64,000 nt of DNA from the NCBI GenBank assembly GCA_964427405.1, contig CAYRUB010000003.1:946-64945 (forward strand), written 5' to 3'. Numbering within the stretch: position 1 is the stretch's first letter; each line of letters starts with the position of its first letter. The notes under the pieces were generated by a model. That model did no database searches. It saw nothing but the letters and a program-made list of their open reading frames with translations, and was not told where the DNA came from. The translations under genes and the position numbers were made by a program. Positions 51,011 to 59,768 of this stretch are shown in pieces. Source of the stretch: an uncultured Planctomycetales bacterium (lineage in GTDB: Bacteria > Omnitrophota > Gorgyraeia > Gygaellales > Profunditerraquicolaceae).

Positions 51011-51538
51011 TTATACCCTCTCCACCTGCCAGTACTCTAACTCCACCGGCGTAGAGCGTCCAAATATAGAAACACTTACCTTAACTTTGCCTTTTTCAGG
51101 ATAAACCTCTTCGATTACCCCGTTGAAATTTAAAAATGGCCCTTCATTTACCCTTACCTGCTCGCCTTTCTCAAAGACTATTTTAGGCGAAGGTTTAGCC
51201 GCAGTTTCCTTGGTACGCTTAAGAATGCTATCTACCTCTTCCTGAGGAAGCGGTACAGGTTTACGGCCTAAACCGATAAAACCCGTAACTCCAGGAGAAT
51301 TTTTAATAAAAAGATAGGTCCCTTCGCTCAAATCCATTTCTACCAGCAAATACCCCGGAAAGAATTTCCTTTGAGTAATCTTTTTTTTACCGGCCCGTAC
51401 CTCAGAAACCTGTTCCGTAGGAATAACCACACTGGAAATCAAATCACTAAGGCCGCTGGAAACAATCTTTTTCTCCAGAGATGTCTTAACTTTTTCCTCT
51501 ATCCCGGTCTGGGTGTGCACAACATACCATTTTTTCAT
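51011..51538 (-). CDS. nusG: Transcription elongation factor NusG
   Basis: WYVVHT, FFPGY and [10 protein letters not shown] motifs. Confidence 0.98.
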   Translation of the reverse strand: MKKWYVVHTQTGIEEKVKTSLEKKIVSSGLSDLISSVVIPTEQVSEVRAGKKKITQRKFFPGYLLVEMDLSEGTYLFIKNSPGVTGFIGLGRKPVPLPQEEVDSILKRTKETAAKPSPKIVFEKGEQVRVNEGPFLNFNGVIEEVYPEKGKVKVSVSIFGRSTPVELEYWQVERV

Positions 51539-51726
51539 TTAAAAATCACACTTAGAAATCTGGATAATCCCAGATCTACTATCCCGATAAAAATTGTCAT
51601 TATCCCCGTAACGGTAATTACCAAAACCGTAGAAGCCAAAAGTTCTTTTCTGGTTGACCATGAAACCCTGCTTAACTCAGCCTTAACTTCTTTTAAAAAA
51701 TTTACCGGTTTTGCTATAATATTCAT
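51535..51726 (-). CDS. secE: Preprotein translocase SecE
   Basis: FLKEVKAELSRVSW followed by a single TM helix. Confidence 0.95.
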   Translation of the reverse strand: MNIIAKPVNFLKEVKAELSRVSWSTRKELLASTVLVITVTGIMTIFIGIVDLGLSRFLSVIFK

Positions 51727-51758
51727 ATTTAAGAACTTTTCCCCTTAACCTGTAACTA

Positions 51759-51829
51759 CAGGAGCGGCAGGACTTGAACCTGCAGTCACGGTTTTGGAGA
51801 CCGTTGGTTTGCCATTAACCGACGCCCCT
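51759..51829 (-). tRNA. tRNA-Trp (CCA)
   Basis: AGGGGCG...ACGGT-CT-CCA-AA-ACCGT...GCAGG-TTCAAGT-CCTGC-CGCTCCT-G; no encoded CCA end; canonical position before secE. Confidence 0.95.
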
Positions 51830-51850
51830 AAGTTTAATCTTTGTTATCAA

Positions 51851-51955
51851 TATCCCGGCTCAAATTCTGCCTAAAAATTTGGTAAATTTTAGGCATTCGC
51901 CAGGATAAATTCGCGCATTAATTTACTCGCACTCTCGTGCTCGTAAATTAAGCGC
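51851..51955. repeat. Two long imperfect inverted repeats between rpmG and tRNA-Trp
   Basis: TATCC..TGCCTAAAA..TTTTAGGCA..GGATA and GCGC-a-TTAATTTAC-tc-GCAC-tctc-GTGC-tc-GTAAATTAA-GCGC. Confidence 0.6.
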
Positions 51956-52105
51956 TTATTTAATTTCCTTATGCGGGGTATGTTTATGACAGGAATTGCA
52001 GAACTTACTAAGCTCAAGCCTATCCTGATGCAACTTTTTATTCTTGCTCGTCGTATAATTTCGATTTTTGCAAACCGTACATTCTAAAGTTATAGTTTCA
52101 CGCAT
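51956..52105 (-). CDS. rpmG: 50S ribosomal protein L33 (zinc type)
   Basis: Below the ORF-track cutoff; translated by hand as [49 protein letters not shown]. Confidence 0.97.
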   Translation of the reverse strand: MRETITLECTVCKNRNYTTSKNKKLHQDRLELSKFCNSCHKHTPHKEIK

Positions 52106-52117
52106 ATTTTTTTAGTA

Positions 52118-52190
52118 AGCTGGAGACGAGAATCGGACTCGTGACCCCGTCCTTACCAAGGACGTGCTCTACCAACTGAGCTACTCCAGC
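52118..52190 (-). tRNA. tRNA-Thr (GGT)
   Basis: GCTGGAG-TA-GCTCAGTTGGTAGAGC-A-CGTCC-TT-GGT-AA-GGACG-GGGTC-ACGAG-TCCGATT-CTCGT-CTCCAGC-T. Confidence 0.93.
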
Positions 52191-52327
52191 AAAAATGGAT
52201 TCGCTCCGTCGAATAAGCTTTTAAACAAAAAAAAACCACAGACCAAGAAATTATTCAATTATCTCTTTTAAAATTAAAATATTACCGAACTAAAGTGATT
52301 TTATAATAGATATTTACGTAAAAAAAG

Positions 52328-52356
52328 AGTTTATACTAAGATAACAGGTTTGTCAA
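52328..52356 (-). promoter_or_regulatory. Sigma70-type promoter heading the tRNA-Thr/rpmG/rpo/ribosomal cluster
   Basis: TTGACA-N17-TAAACT; the -35 box overlaps the rsmA TGA stop. Confidence 0.7.
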
Positions 52357-53195
52357 GACCTTTTTTGACTTTTTTTAGGCGCCTCTAAGTTCTTAGCAGA
52401 ATCTATTGCATTGCTCAAGCGGGCGAATTTATCCAGTGTAAGATCCTCCGGCCGGACATTTCTATCAAGTCCTTCTCCATCAAGAAACGTCTCAAGCGAA
52501 CCTAAAGTTATAAAGCCTGCCAAACTGTTTCTTAAGGTCTTCCTTCTTTGATTAAAAGCGCTGCGTATTAATTTGAAAAATAATTCCTCATCCCTAAGTT
52601 CAACAGGAGGCTTCTGCCTAAACTTCAAACTTAAGAAACAAGAGTCTACTTTTGGGCTAGGCCTAAAACTTCCTTTTTTAATATTAAAAATAATTTTGCT
52701 TTGAGCATAATATTGCACAAAACAGCTGAAAGACCCGTATTCTTTTGAGCCGGCAGTTGCGTTAATCCTGCGTCCAAATTCTTTTTGCACAGTGATAAAG
52801 ACTGTATCTATATTAGCGCGGTATTGAATAAGATGTTCGATAATCGGGCTAGAGATATAATAAGGTATATTGCCAACCACCTTTATTTTTTGCTTCACTA
52901 GATTATTTTGCAGGAATTTGTTAATATCAAATTCCAATATGCCCTCTTTTACTAGTTGACAATTTATATGGGCGCTTAATTTTTGCTCAAGGAACGGAAA
53001 GAGCCGCCGGTCAACTTCTAAAGCATAAACTCTCTTTGCAGCGGTTACTAGCTGCTCTGTCAAATCACCCATCCCAGCGCCAATCTCTAAAACAATGTCT
53101 TCTTTAGATAAATCGCAGGCAGAGGTTATTTTTTTCTGGATATTCTTATCAATAAGAAAATTCTGGCCTAGGCTTTTTTTCGGTTTAACGTACAT
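52353..53195 (-). CDS. rsmA: 16S rRNA adenine dimethyltransferase KsgA/RsmA
   Basis: KKSLGQNFL, EIGAGMG, GNIPYYIS and FNQRRKTLRNSL motifs. Confidence 0.97.
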   Translation of the reverse strand: MYVKPKKSLGQNFLIDKNIQKKITSACDLSKEDIVLEIGAGMGDLTEQLVTAAKRVYALEVDRRLFPFLEQKLSAHINCQLVKEGILEFDINKFLQNNLVKQKIKVVGNIPYYISSPIIEHLIQYRANIDTVFITVQKEFGRRINATAGSKEYGSFSCFVQYYAQSKIIFNIKKGSFRPSPKVDSCFLSLKFRQKPPVELRDEELFFKLIRSAFNQRRKTLRNSLAGFITLGSLETFLDGEGLDRNVRPEDLTLDKFARLSNAIDSAKNLEAPKKSQKRS

Positions 53196-54160
53196 TTTAT
53201 AGCAAGTTTTACGGCTGCAATAAGAGAATTCGGATTAGCTAAGATGGGTTTTGCGGCCAAATCAAAAGCAGTCCCATGTAAAGGGGAAGTCCGTATAAAA
53301 GGCAGGCCAAGAGTAAAGTTTATCCCGCTATCAAAATCCGTCAATTTCAGGGGGATAAGCGCCTGATCATGATATGGCACAATTACACAATCAAAATTCC
53401 CCTTAGCCGCCCCTGATATCGCTACATCCGCAGAAAGCGGCCCCGTTATAGACGCCCCCTTACACTTCTTTCTTAAGGCCGCAATTGCCGGTTTAATTAC
53501 CCGCAACTCCTCTGTGCCGATTACTCCATTATCAGAAGCATGAGGATTAACTCCGCAAACAACAATTCTAGGTTTACGAATTAAAAATAAACACTTCAAA
53601 CCCTGGATCGTACTTAAAATGTTATTTTCTAGATTATTACGGGTAATCCTTCTGCAAACATCTTTAAGCGGTATATGCCTGGTAACTAAACTAAACCTGA
53701 ATCTGTTATTAATAAGCATCATGGTTAAATCTTTACAATTAAATTTATCCGCCAGGTACTCTGTGTGCCCGGAAAATTTTGATCCTGCCAGGTTAATCGC
53801 TTCTTTTGAAATCGGACAAGTAACTAAACAGTCAATTTTTTTATTTTTAAGCAACTCCACAGCTTTATCAAGATACTCCAAAGAGGCTTTACCGTTTGCC
53901 GCGCTTATCCTGCCAAAAATAAAATCATTTTTCTTTACGTTATTTAAATCTATTAACTCCGTAGACAAAGGCCCGATCTTTAAAGCCTTAGCTGCCTTAG
54001 CCAACACAAAACTATCGCCGATAATTGTAAAATGAGCTTTACCTTTTAACGCCTTAAGCGCCTTTAAGGCAATAGCCGGCCCAATACCGGCGGGATCTCC
54101 TATTGTAAGGCCTACTCTAATTGTCGAGGATTTTAATGTAGGATTGTTTTTTGAGCTCAT
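53168..54160 (-). CDS. pdxA: 4-hydroxythreonine-4-phosphate dehydrogenase
   Basis: GDPAGIGP, GHTEYL, NPHA, YHDQ and RTSPLHGTAFD motifs; canonical surA-pdxA-rsmA order. Confidence 0.95.
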   Translation of the reverse strand: MSSKNNPTLKSSTIRVGLTIGDPAGIGPAIALKALKALKGKAHFTIIGDSFVLAKAAKALKIGPLSTELIDLNNVKKNDFIFGRISAANGKASLEYLDKAVELLKNKKIDCLVTCPISKEAINLAGSKFSGHTEYLADKFNCKDLTMMLINNRFRFSLVTRHIPLKDVCRRITRNNLENNILSTIQGLKCLFLIRKPRIVVCGVNPHASDNGVIGTEELRVIKPAIAALRKKCKGASITGPLSADVAISGAAKGNFDCVIVPYHDQALIPLKLTDFDSGINFTLGLPFIRTSPLHGTAFDLAAKPILANPNSLIAAVKLAIKCTLNRKKA

Positions 54161-55037
54161 CTAACCACTTCTTTAGCCCTTCCTGCAGTTTTTTATCAAA
54201 TAAATATACCTGGATCTTATCCTGGGACTGAGCCAGGTCTAACTGACGGCTCCCAAGGATATCATTTAATCTAAATATATAATATTGCCCATCGATCTTT
54301 ACCGGATCAGATACCTCAGATATACCCAACTTAAATACTGTCCCTTCGATTTCATTACGCAAATCTTGCCCCTGGGAAACAGAAAGACTATCAACTGTAA
54401 AAGCATACCTGGTAGCCAAATCTTCCAGTTTTTCTCCCAGGCGTAAATAGTAACTCAAAGATTTTGCAGTGCTTTCATCCTGCAAAACAATAACCGTCAA
54501 AAGCCGTTCCTCCGGTTTTAAGAACTTGCGCTTATTCTGATTATAAAAATCAGTAACCTCCTCAGGCCGGATCACTACCTTGCTGCGCACCTTCTGCTCA
54601 ACAACACTATACGTAAGCATCTGTTCGCGAATCTTATTTTCTAGATCCGCCTGCACCAGCCCCTGCTTAGCAAGATCACGCTCAAAATCAGATTCTAGCG
54701 CATAACGCTTCTTGATTTCATTAATTTTTGCTTTTATCCTGGCTGGCTCAATAGTTATCTTCTCGTTTTTTGCCTGCTGGAGTATAATCCTGTCCTCGAT
54801 CAAGCGCTGCAACAGATCCTGCTTAGCGGAATTTATCTTTTCCTCCAGGGCCTTTCCGTTTAACTCCCGAGAATACTGCATACGTATAAAATTTAAAAAA
54901 TCATTAAGATCCTTTTGCGTGATAATTTCATTATTTACCACTGCGGCCACCTTATCCTGCGCGTAAAGATAATAAAACGGGCAAAGAAATAAGAATATCA
55001 GCGCAACAGAACTAATTATGCGTCTCATTGAAAACAC
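54117..55037 (-). CDS. surA: SurA-like periplasmic chaperone / PPIase
   Basis: Signal peptide, DKVAAVVNNEIIT SurA N-domain, degenerate parvulin domain and C-terminal WLDELKKQSYIKI. The start may be 55028. Confidence 0.8.
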   Translation of the reverse strand: MFSMRRIISSVALIFLFLCPFYYLYAQDKVAAVVNNEIITQKDLNDFLNFIRMQYSRELNGKALEEKINSAKQDLLQRLIEDRIILQQAKNEKITIEPARIKAKINEIKKRYALESDFERDLAKQGLVQADLENKIREQMLTYSVVEQKVRSKVVIRPEEVTDFYNQNKRKFLKPEERLLTVIVLQDESTAKSLSYYLRLGEKLEDLATRYAFTVDSLSVSQGQDLRNEIEGTVFKLGISEVSDPVKIDGQYYIFRLNDILGSRQLDLAQSQDKIQVYLFDKKLQEGLKKWLDELKKQSYIKILDN

Positions 55038-56916
55038 CTGCTTTCTTAAAATTGACGATTGCTTCTTTTAATAAACGGCAATAGAGGTCAAACCCCACAG
55101 CTACAATAAAACCATGCTGCTCCTGGCCAAGGAGATTTCCCGCGCCCCGGATCTCAAGATCCTCCATGGCGATATTAAAACCAGAACCCAAATCACTATT
55201 GCTCTCTATTGCCTGGAGCCTTTTTCTTGCAACCGCGTCTATTAGTTCATTGCGGCCAATCATAAAATAAGCGTATGCCGAGCGGTTAAACCTGCCCACC
55301 CTTCCACGCAGCTGATGCAAATCCGCCAGCCCGAAACAATGCGCATTATTTATGATAATAGTATTGGCATTCGGGATATCAATCCCGGATTCAATAATCA
55401 TTGTAGAAACTAAAACATCGATATTGCCATTTATAAAATCCGACATCACCTGCTCTAATTGTTTCGCCGGCATCTGGCCGTGGGCTATCGATATACGCAC
55501 ATTACCACCCAGGCTTCTGGCAACTTTATCCCTGACTTTTTCCAAATCAAGGATGCGGTTATGTAAAAAGAACACCTGCCCCCGACGATCAAGCTCATGC
55601 TTAATTGCCTGGGCGATCAGATCTGTGTCATATTCTACCACAACCGTCTTAATAGGCAACCTATTTTGAGGCGGGGTGTTGATTACGGAGAAGTCTTTTG
55701 CGCCCATAAGACTCATATACAAAGTACGCGGTATTGGTGTTGCGGTTAAAACCAGAACATCTATGGAAGTTTTGATTTTCTTTAGTTGTTCCTTAGCCTT
55801 AACACCAAAACGCTGCTCTTCATCAACGATAACTAAACCTAAATTTTTAAAACTCACATCAGGCGAAAGCAGCCTGTGCGTACCGATAACGATATCCACG
55901 CTACCGCCAGCTAAGCCCTTAATAATCTCATTTTGCTCTGCGGTAGTCTTAAAACGGGAAAGCATCTCCACCTTAACCGGAAAATTTTTCAGACGCTGAA
56001 TAAAATTCTTATAATGTTGTTCAGCTAAAATAGTAGTGGGCACAAGATAGGCAACCTGTTTATTATCCATTACTGCCTTAAAAGCCGCGCGCATGGCCAC
56101 CTCAGTCTTACCATATCCCACATCTCCACAAAGCAGCCTATCCATAGGCTTAAGCGACTCCATATCCTGTTTAACCTCGGCCATTGCCTTGACCTGATCA
56201 GGGGTCTCCTGATACGGGAATGTTTTTTCAAAATCAGCCTGCCAATCCGTATCCTTGGAAAATTTAAATCCTTCACCCGCTATGCGAATTGCCTGTAAAC
56301 TTAACAATTCCCAGGCTAATTTTGCGATACCCTTACGCGTACGCTCCTTAACCCTCTGCCATTCCTTATTCCCCAGCCGGTAAAGCTTTGGTTTACGGGT
56401 TTGAAAAGCAATATACTTCTGCACCAAATGCATAGAATCAATGGGGACAAAAAGTTTTTCATTACGATCATATTCAATCACCAGATGATCTTTAGAAACC
56501 CCTTTGACTTGAACCTTCTGCATGCCTAAAAACCTTCCAATGCCATGCTGATTATGCACAACAAAATCACCAACATTCAAATCTACAAAATTCTTTAAAG
56601 GAAACTCTTCACTAAATACCGCGCTCCTGGTACTTGCAGATTTATGCGGAAGGATAATTACGATATTATGCTCCCAAAGCGCTTCACCGCTTTCAGGATT
56701 AAAGGTTTTAATAGAAACTATATTCTGATTATCCAGTTCAATCCGGACGGGTAATTCAAAAGAAACGGGGAATATATCAATGATGCCGCCGCGGCGGCTA
56801 AAATCACCTTCACCGGAAACCTGCTCAAACCTTTTATAATCAAAATCAACTAAGGCTTTAGTCAAGTATTCCAAATCAATATTCTGATTAAGATATAGTT
56901 TAAGGGATTTAAACAT
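55012..56916 (-). CDS. mfd: Transcription-repair coupling factor, short form (634 aa)
   Basis: GDFSRRGGIIDIFP (D2), GDFVVH..HGIG (RID), GDVGYGKTEVA, DEEQRFG, TATPIPRT, QLRGRVGR and TRG motif DLEIRGAG. Confidence 0.93.
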   Translation of the reverse strand: MFKSLKLYLNQNIDLEYLTKALVDFDYKRFEQVSGEGDFSRRGGIIDIFPVSFELPVRIELDNQNIVSIKTFNPESGEALWEHNIVIILPHKSASTRSAVFSEEFPLKNFVDLNVGDFVVHNQHGIGRFLGMQKVQVKGVSKDHLVIEYDRNEKLFVPIDSMHLVQKYIAFQTRKPKLYRLGNKEWQRVKERTRKGIAKLAWELLSLQAIRIAGEGFKFSKDTDWQADFEKTFPYQETPDQVKAMAEVKQDMESLKPMDRLLCGDVGYGKTEVAMRAAFKAVMDNKQVAYLVPTTILAEQHYKNFIQRLKNFPVKVEMLSRFKTTAEQNEIIKGLAGGSVDIVIGTHRLLSPDVSFKNLGLVIVDEEQRFGVKAKEQLKKIKTSIDVLVLTATPIPRTLYMSLMGAKDFSVINTPPQNRLPIKTVVVEYDTDLIAQAIKHELDRRGQVFFLHNRILDLEKVRDKVARSLGGNVRISIAHGQMPAKQLEQVMSDFINGNIDVLVSTMIIESGIDIPNANTIIINNAHCFGLADLHQLRGRVGRFNRSAYAYFMIGRNELIDAVARKRLQAIESNSDLGSGFNIAMEDLEIRGAGNLLGQEQHGFIVAVGFDLYCRLLKEAIVNFKKAGVFNETHN

Positions 56917-56930
56917 AATTTTAAAAATCA

Positions 56931-56972
56931 GGGGACGGTTCTATTTTCTAAATCAAAAATAGAACCGTCCCC
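56931..56972. repeat. Perfect 17-bp inverted repeat (REP/MITE-like)
   Basis: GGGGACGGTTCTATTTT-ctaaatca-AAAATAGAACCGTCCCC. Confidence 0.75.
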
Positions 56973-57001
56973 AAATATTCCTCCACTTCCTATATCTTCG
57001 C

Positions 57002-59203
57002 CTATTTCGCTCCCTTGCGGCTCCAGGCAAGCACTAGAGGAGAAGCGATAAAAACTGTAGAATACGCTCCGGCGATAAATCCCACAAATAAAGCAAAAGC
57101 AAAATTACTGAGAACTTCACCGCCGTAAAACAAAAACGCGATTACTACCAAAAGCGTCACCCCGGAAGTAAGCAGGGTCCGGCCAAGGGTCTGATTCACG
57201 CTTAGATTAATCAGATCCCTTAAAGAAAGCTTACGGTAAAGACGGGTATTTTCGCGCACCCGGTCATATATAACAATGGTATCGTTAATAGAATAACCTG
57301 CGATAGTCAGAAAAGCAGTAATACTTAAAAGATCTATCTGGCGGTTAGTCATTACCAGAAACCCCATAGCCACCAGGACGTCATGCAAAAGCGCGATTAC
57401 GCCCGCTACGGCAAAGTTAATATGCTTAAACCTGAAACTTACATAAATCAAAATACCCACTAAAGACCAGAACAATGCAAGAATAGCCTTATGCTTAAGA
57501 TTCTTTCCAGCAATCGGCCCCACACGTTCAATCTTTAAAATTTGGATATCCTCATCAGGAAAAACCTCTTTTAATTTATTGGTCAAAATCTGATTTTTAT
57601 CTTCAGAGGTCCTGATTAAAACCACCTTTGGATTATCCTTAAACTGCTGAATAGTAGCATCCGCTAAATTTATATCTTTAAGTACCTCTCTGACCTTATC
57701 TATGGATGGAACATTCTTAAAACTGTACTCTTGGAGCTGGCCTCCGGCAAAATCAATACCATATACCGCTGGCCCTTTCTTAATATATGAAAAAATTCCT
57801 ACCGTAATTAAGATAATAGACAAGGCATAAAATATCTTTCTTTTACTGATAAAATCAAGCTTAGTTTCTCCGATCAACTGCAACATCGGTAAACCCTTAA
57901 TCCATCCTAAATTAAGCAAGATCTCAAATATTACCCTGGTAACCACAATAGCTGTAAACATACTTGCCAATAAACCAATGGTTAAGGTAACCGCGAAACC
58001 GCGGATCGGACCAGTGCCAAATTGAAACAACATAAATGCCGCAATTAAGGTAGTAAGGTTAGAATCAAATATAGCACTGAAGGCGCGCGAATAACCATTA
58101 CCTATGGCAGTTCGCAGGTTCCTGCCCAACGCCAACTCTTCCCTGATACGCTCATTAATCAAAACGTTGGCATCTACTGCCATACCTAAAGATAAGGCGA
58201 TACCAGCAATGCCGGGCAAGGTCAAAGTTGCCGAAACCCCCGGGAATAACACTGGCAGTAAACCTAAGCCTCCGAGAATCATTATAAGGTTCAAGAAAAG
58301 TGCGATATCACTTATAAATCCGGCAAGAAGATAATAACCTAACATGAAAATAAAAACCAACGCGCATCCAACTAAGCAGGCCTTAACTCCTTTATTAATA
58401 GAATCCTGGCCCAGCAATGGTCCAACTGTCCTTTCCTCTTCAATATGCATAGGAGCAGGCAAAGCGCCTACTCTTAAAATCAACGCCAAATCTTGCGCTG
58501 CCTGCGCATCAAACCTGCCGGTAATTACTGCCTCACCCGAGGGAATAGCCTCTCTTATCCGGGGAGCTGACTGTACCTTGCCGTCCAGAACTATTGCCAG
58601 GCTCCTACCCACATTAGCCGCGGTTACTTCCGCAAACTTTTTTGTGCCTACGGCATTAAACTTCAAAGAAACAATCGGTTCATTAAACTGGCTCTGATCA
58701 AAACGCACTTCCGCGTTTGTCAGTGTATCACCTACCAATGCCGCCTTTTTCTCAAGCAAAAGCGGCATATTCTCATCTAAAGTATATTTTAATTCATACC
58801 CATCAGGAATAGTCCCTGCTAAAGCATCCCTAAGCTTAGCCGGATCATCGGAAACAATCTTGAACTCAAGCATCGCGGTCTTACCGATGATATCAATGGC
58901 GCGCTCGCGGTCAGTGACCCCGGGTAACTGCACAACAATCTCATCCTCGCCCTGTTTTTGAATGGAAGTTTCCCTGACCCCAAACTCATCTATGCGGTTG
59001 CGAATTACCTCTACTGCCCGGTCACAGGCATCAAGTTTGGCCTGGCCTTCAAGATGGCTGGTATCAACCTTAAGCAAAAGGTGCATCCCGCCTTGTAAAT
59101 CAAGCCCCAGATTAATACGTTTATCCAAAGGAAAGGCGTAATAGGAAAACAAACCTACAACTCCAAGGATAAGCAATATTCTATAGATCAGTTTTCTTTC
59201 CAT
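57002..59203 (-). CDS. secDF: Fused protein translocase SecDF
   Basis: LGLDLQGG and GMAVDANVLINERIREE (SecD) plus GIDFAGG and GYSINDTIVIYDRVRE (SecF) in one ORF. Confidence 0.95.
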   Translation of the reverse strand: MERKLIYRILLILGVVGLFSYYAFPLDKRINLGLDLQGGMHLLLKVDTSHLEGQAKLDACDRAVEVIRNRIDEFGVRETSIQKQGEDEIVVQLPGVTDRERAIDIIGKTAMLEFKIVSDDPAKLRDALAGTIPDGYELKYTLDENMPLLLEKKAALVGDTLTNAEVRFDQSQFNEPIVSLKFNAVGTKKFAEVTAANVGRSLAIVLDGKVQSAPRIREAIPSGEAVITGRFDAQAAQDLALILRVGALPAPMHIEEERTVGPLLGQDSINKGVKACLVGCALVFIFMLGYYLLAGFISDIALFLNLIMILGGLGLLPVLFPGVSATLTLPGIAGIALSLGMAVDANVLINERIREELALGRNLRTAIGNGYSRAFSAIFDSNLTTLIAAFMLFQFGTGPIRGFAVTLTIGLLASMFTAIVVTRVIFEILLNLGWIKGLPMLQLIGETKLDFISKRKIFYALSIILITVGIFSYIKKGPAVYGIDFAGGQLQEYSFKNVPSIDKVREVLKDINLADATIQQFKDNPKVVLIRTSEDKNQILTNKLKEVFPDEDIQILKIERVGPIAGKNLKHKAILALFWSLVGILIYVSFRFKHINFAVAGVIALLHDVLVAMGFLVMTNRQIDLLSITAFLTIAGYSINDTIVIYDRVRENTRLYRKLSLRDLINLSVNQTLGRTLLTSGVTLLVVIAFLFYGGEVLSNFAFALFVGFIAGAYSTVFIASPLVLAWSRKGAK

Positions 59204-59231
59204 GACTTTAGAACTCCTGTTTTAAATATGC

Positions 59232-59510
59232 TTAAGGTTTTTTAATATAAGCAACGCTGTTTTTTTCAATCTCCATTTTTACGTTATCATCAATGCGCAA
59301 AGTTAAAGTCTTATCTTTCACGTTAACGATTGTGCCATGTATCCCGCCTAAAGTAACAACCTCATCATTTTTATTGATCCCCGCGAGCATTTTTTGATGC
59401 TCTTTTTCTTTTTGTTTTTGCGGTCGGATAAGCAAAAAGTAGAAGATAACAAAAATCAAAACTAACGGGAAAAGCTGAATTAACGGACTTGCTGCACTCG
59501 ACTGTGGCAT
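59232..59510 (-). CDS. yajC: Translocase subunit YajC
   Basis: FYFLLIRPQ and DEVVTLGGIHG motifs. Confidence 0.96.
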   Translation of the reverse strand: MPQSSAASPLIQLFPLVLIFVIFYFLLIRPQKQKEKEHQKMLAGINKNDEVVTLGGIHGTIVNVKDKTLTLRIDDNVKMEIEKNSVAYIKKP

Positions 59511-59511
59511 A

Positions 59512-59754
59512 TTAGGCTCCTTTATCTTTCTTCAATAAACTTTTTACGGTCACTGACAACTGCGCGCCGTTTTTTACCCAGGCGGCAATACGCTCTTTCT
59601 TGAGCACTGCCACACCGGTTGTCGGCTTATAATAACCCAACTCCTCAATTATCCGGCTATCCCGGCCTTTACGCTCATCAAAAACTGTAACCCGAAAATG
59701 CGGTTTGCCTTTAGGGTTTTTACCAATCCTTCTTAAACGAATATGAACTGCCAT
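59512..59754 (-). CDS. rpsP: 30S ribosomal protein S16
   Basis: MAVHIRLRRIG, IEELGYY and WVKNGAQLS motifs. Confidence 0.94.
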   Translation of the reverse strand: MAVHIRLRRIGKNPKGKPHFRVTVFDERKGRDSRIIEELGYYKPTTGVAVLKKERIAAWVKNGAQLSVTVKSLLKKDKGA

Positions 59755-59768
59755 TTGTTACTCCTTTC

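Noticed and set aside
52191-52327. tRNA-Thr leader with a long T-tract on the coding strand (possible attenuator)
   Set aside because: I could not find a convincing hairpin before the T-tract or a known leader motif.
19899-56276. Short alternative-frame minus-strand ORFs (19899-20084, 27380-27580, 33388-33594, 34882-35067, 39024-39215, 56070-56276)
   Set aside because: Fully nested in conserved genes, with no motif or evident RBS; expected by chance.
55012-57001. mfd as a frameshifted pseudogene
   Set aside because: A single open frame with all motor motifs; no leftover mfd-like sequence or room for it on either side.
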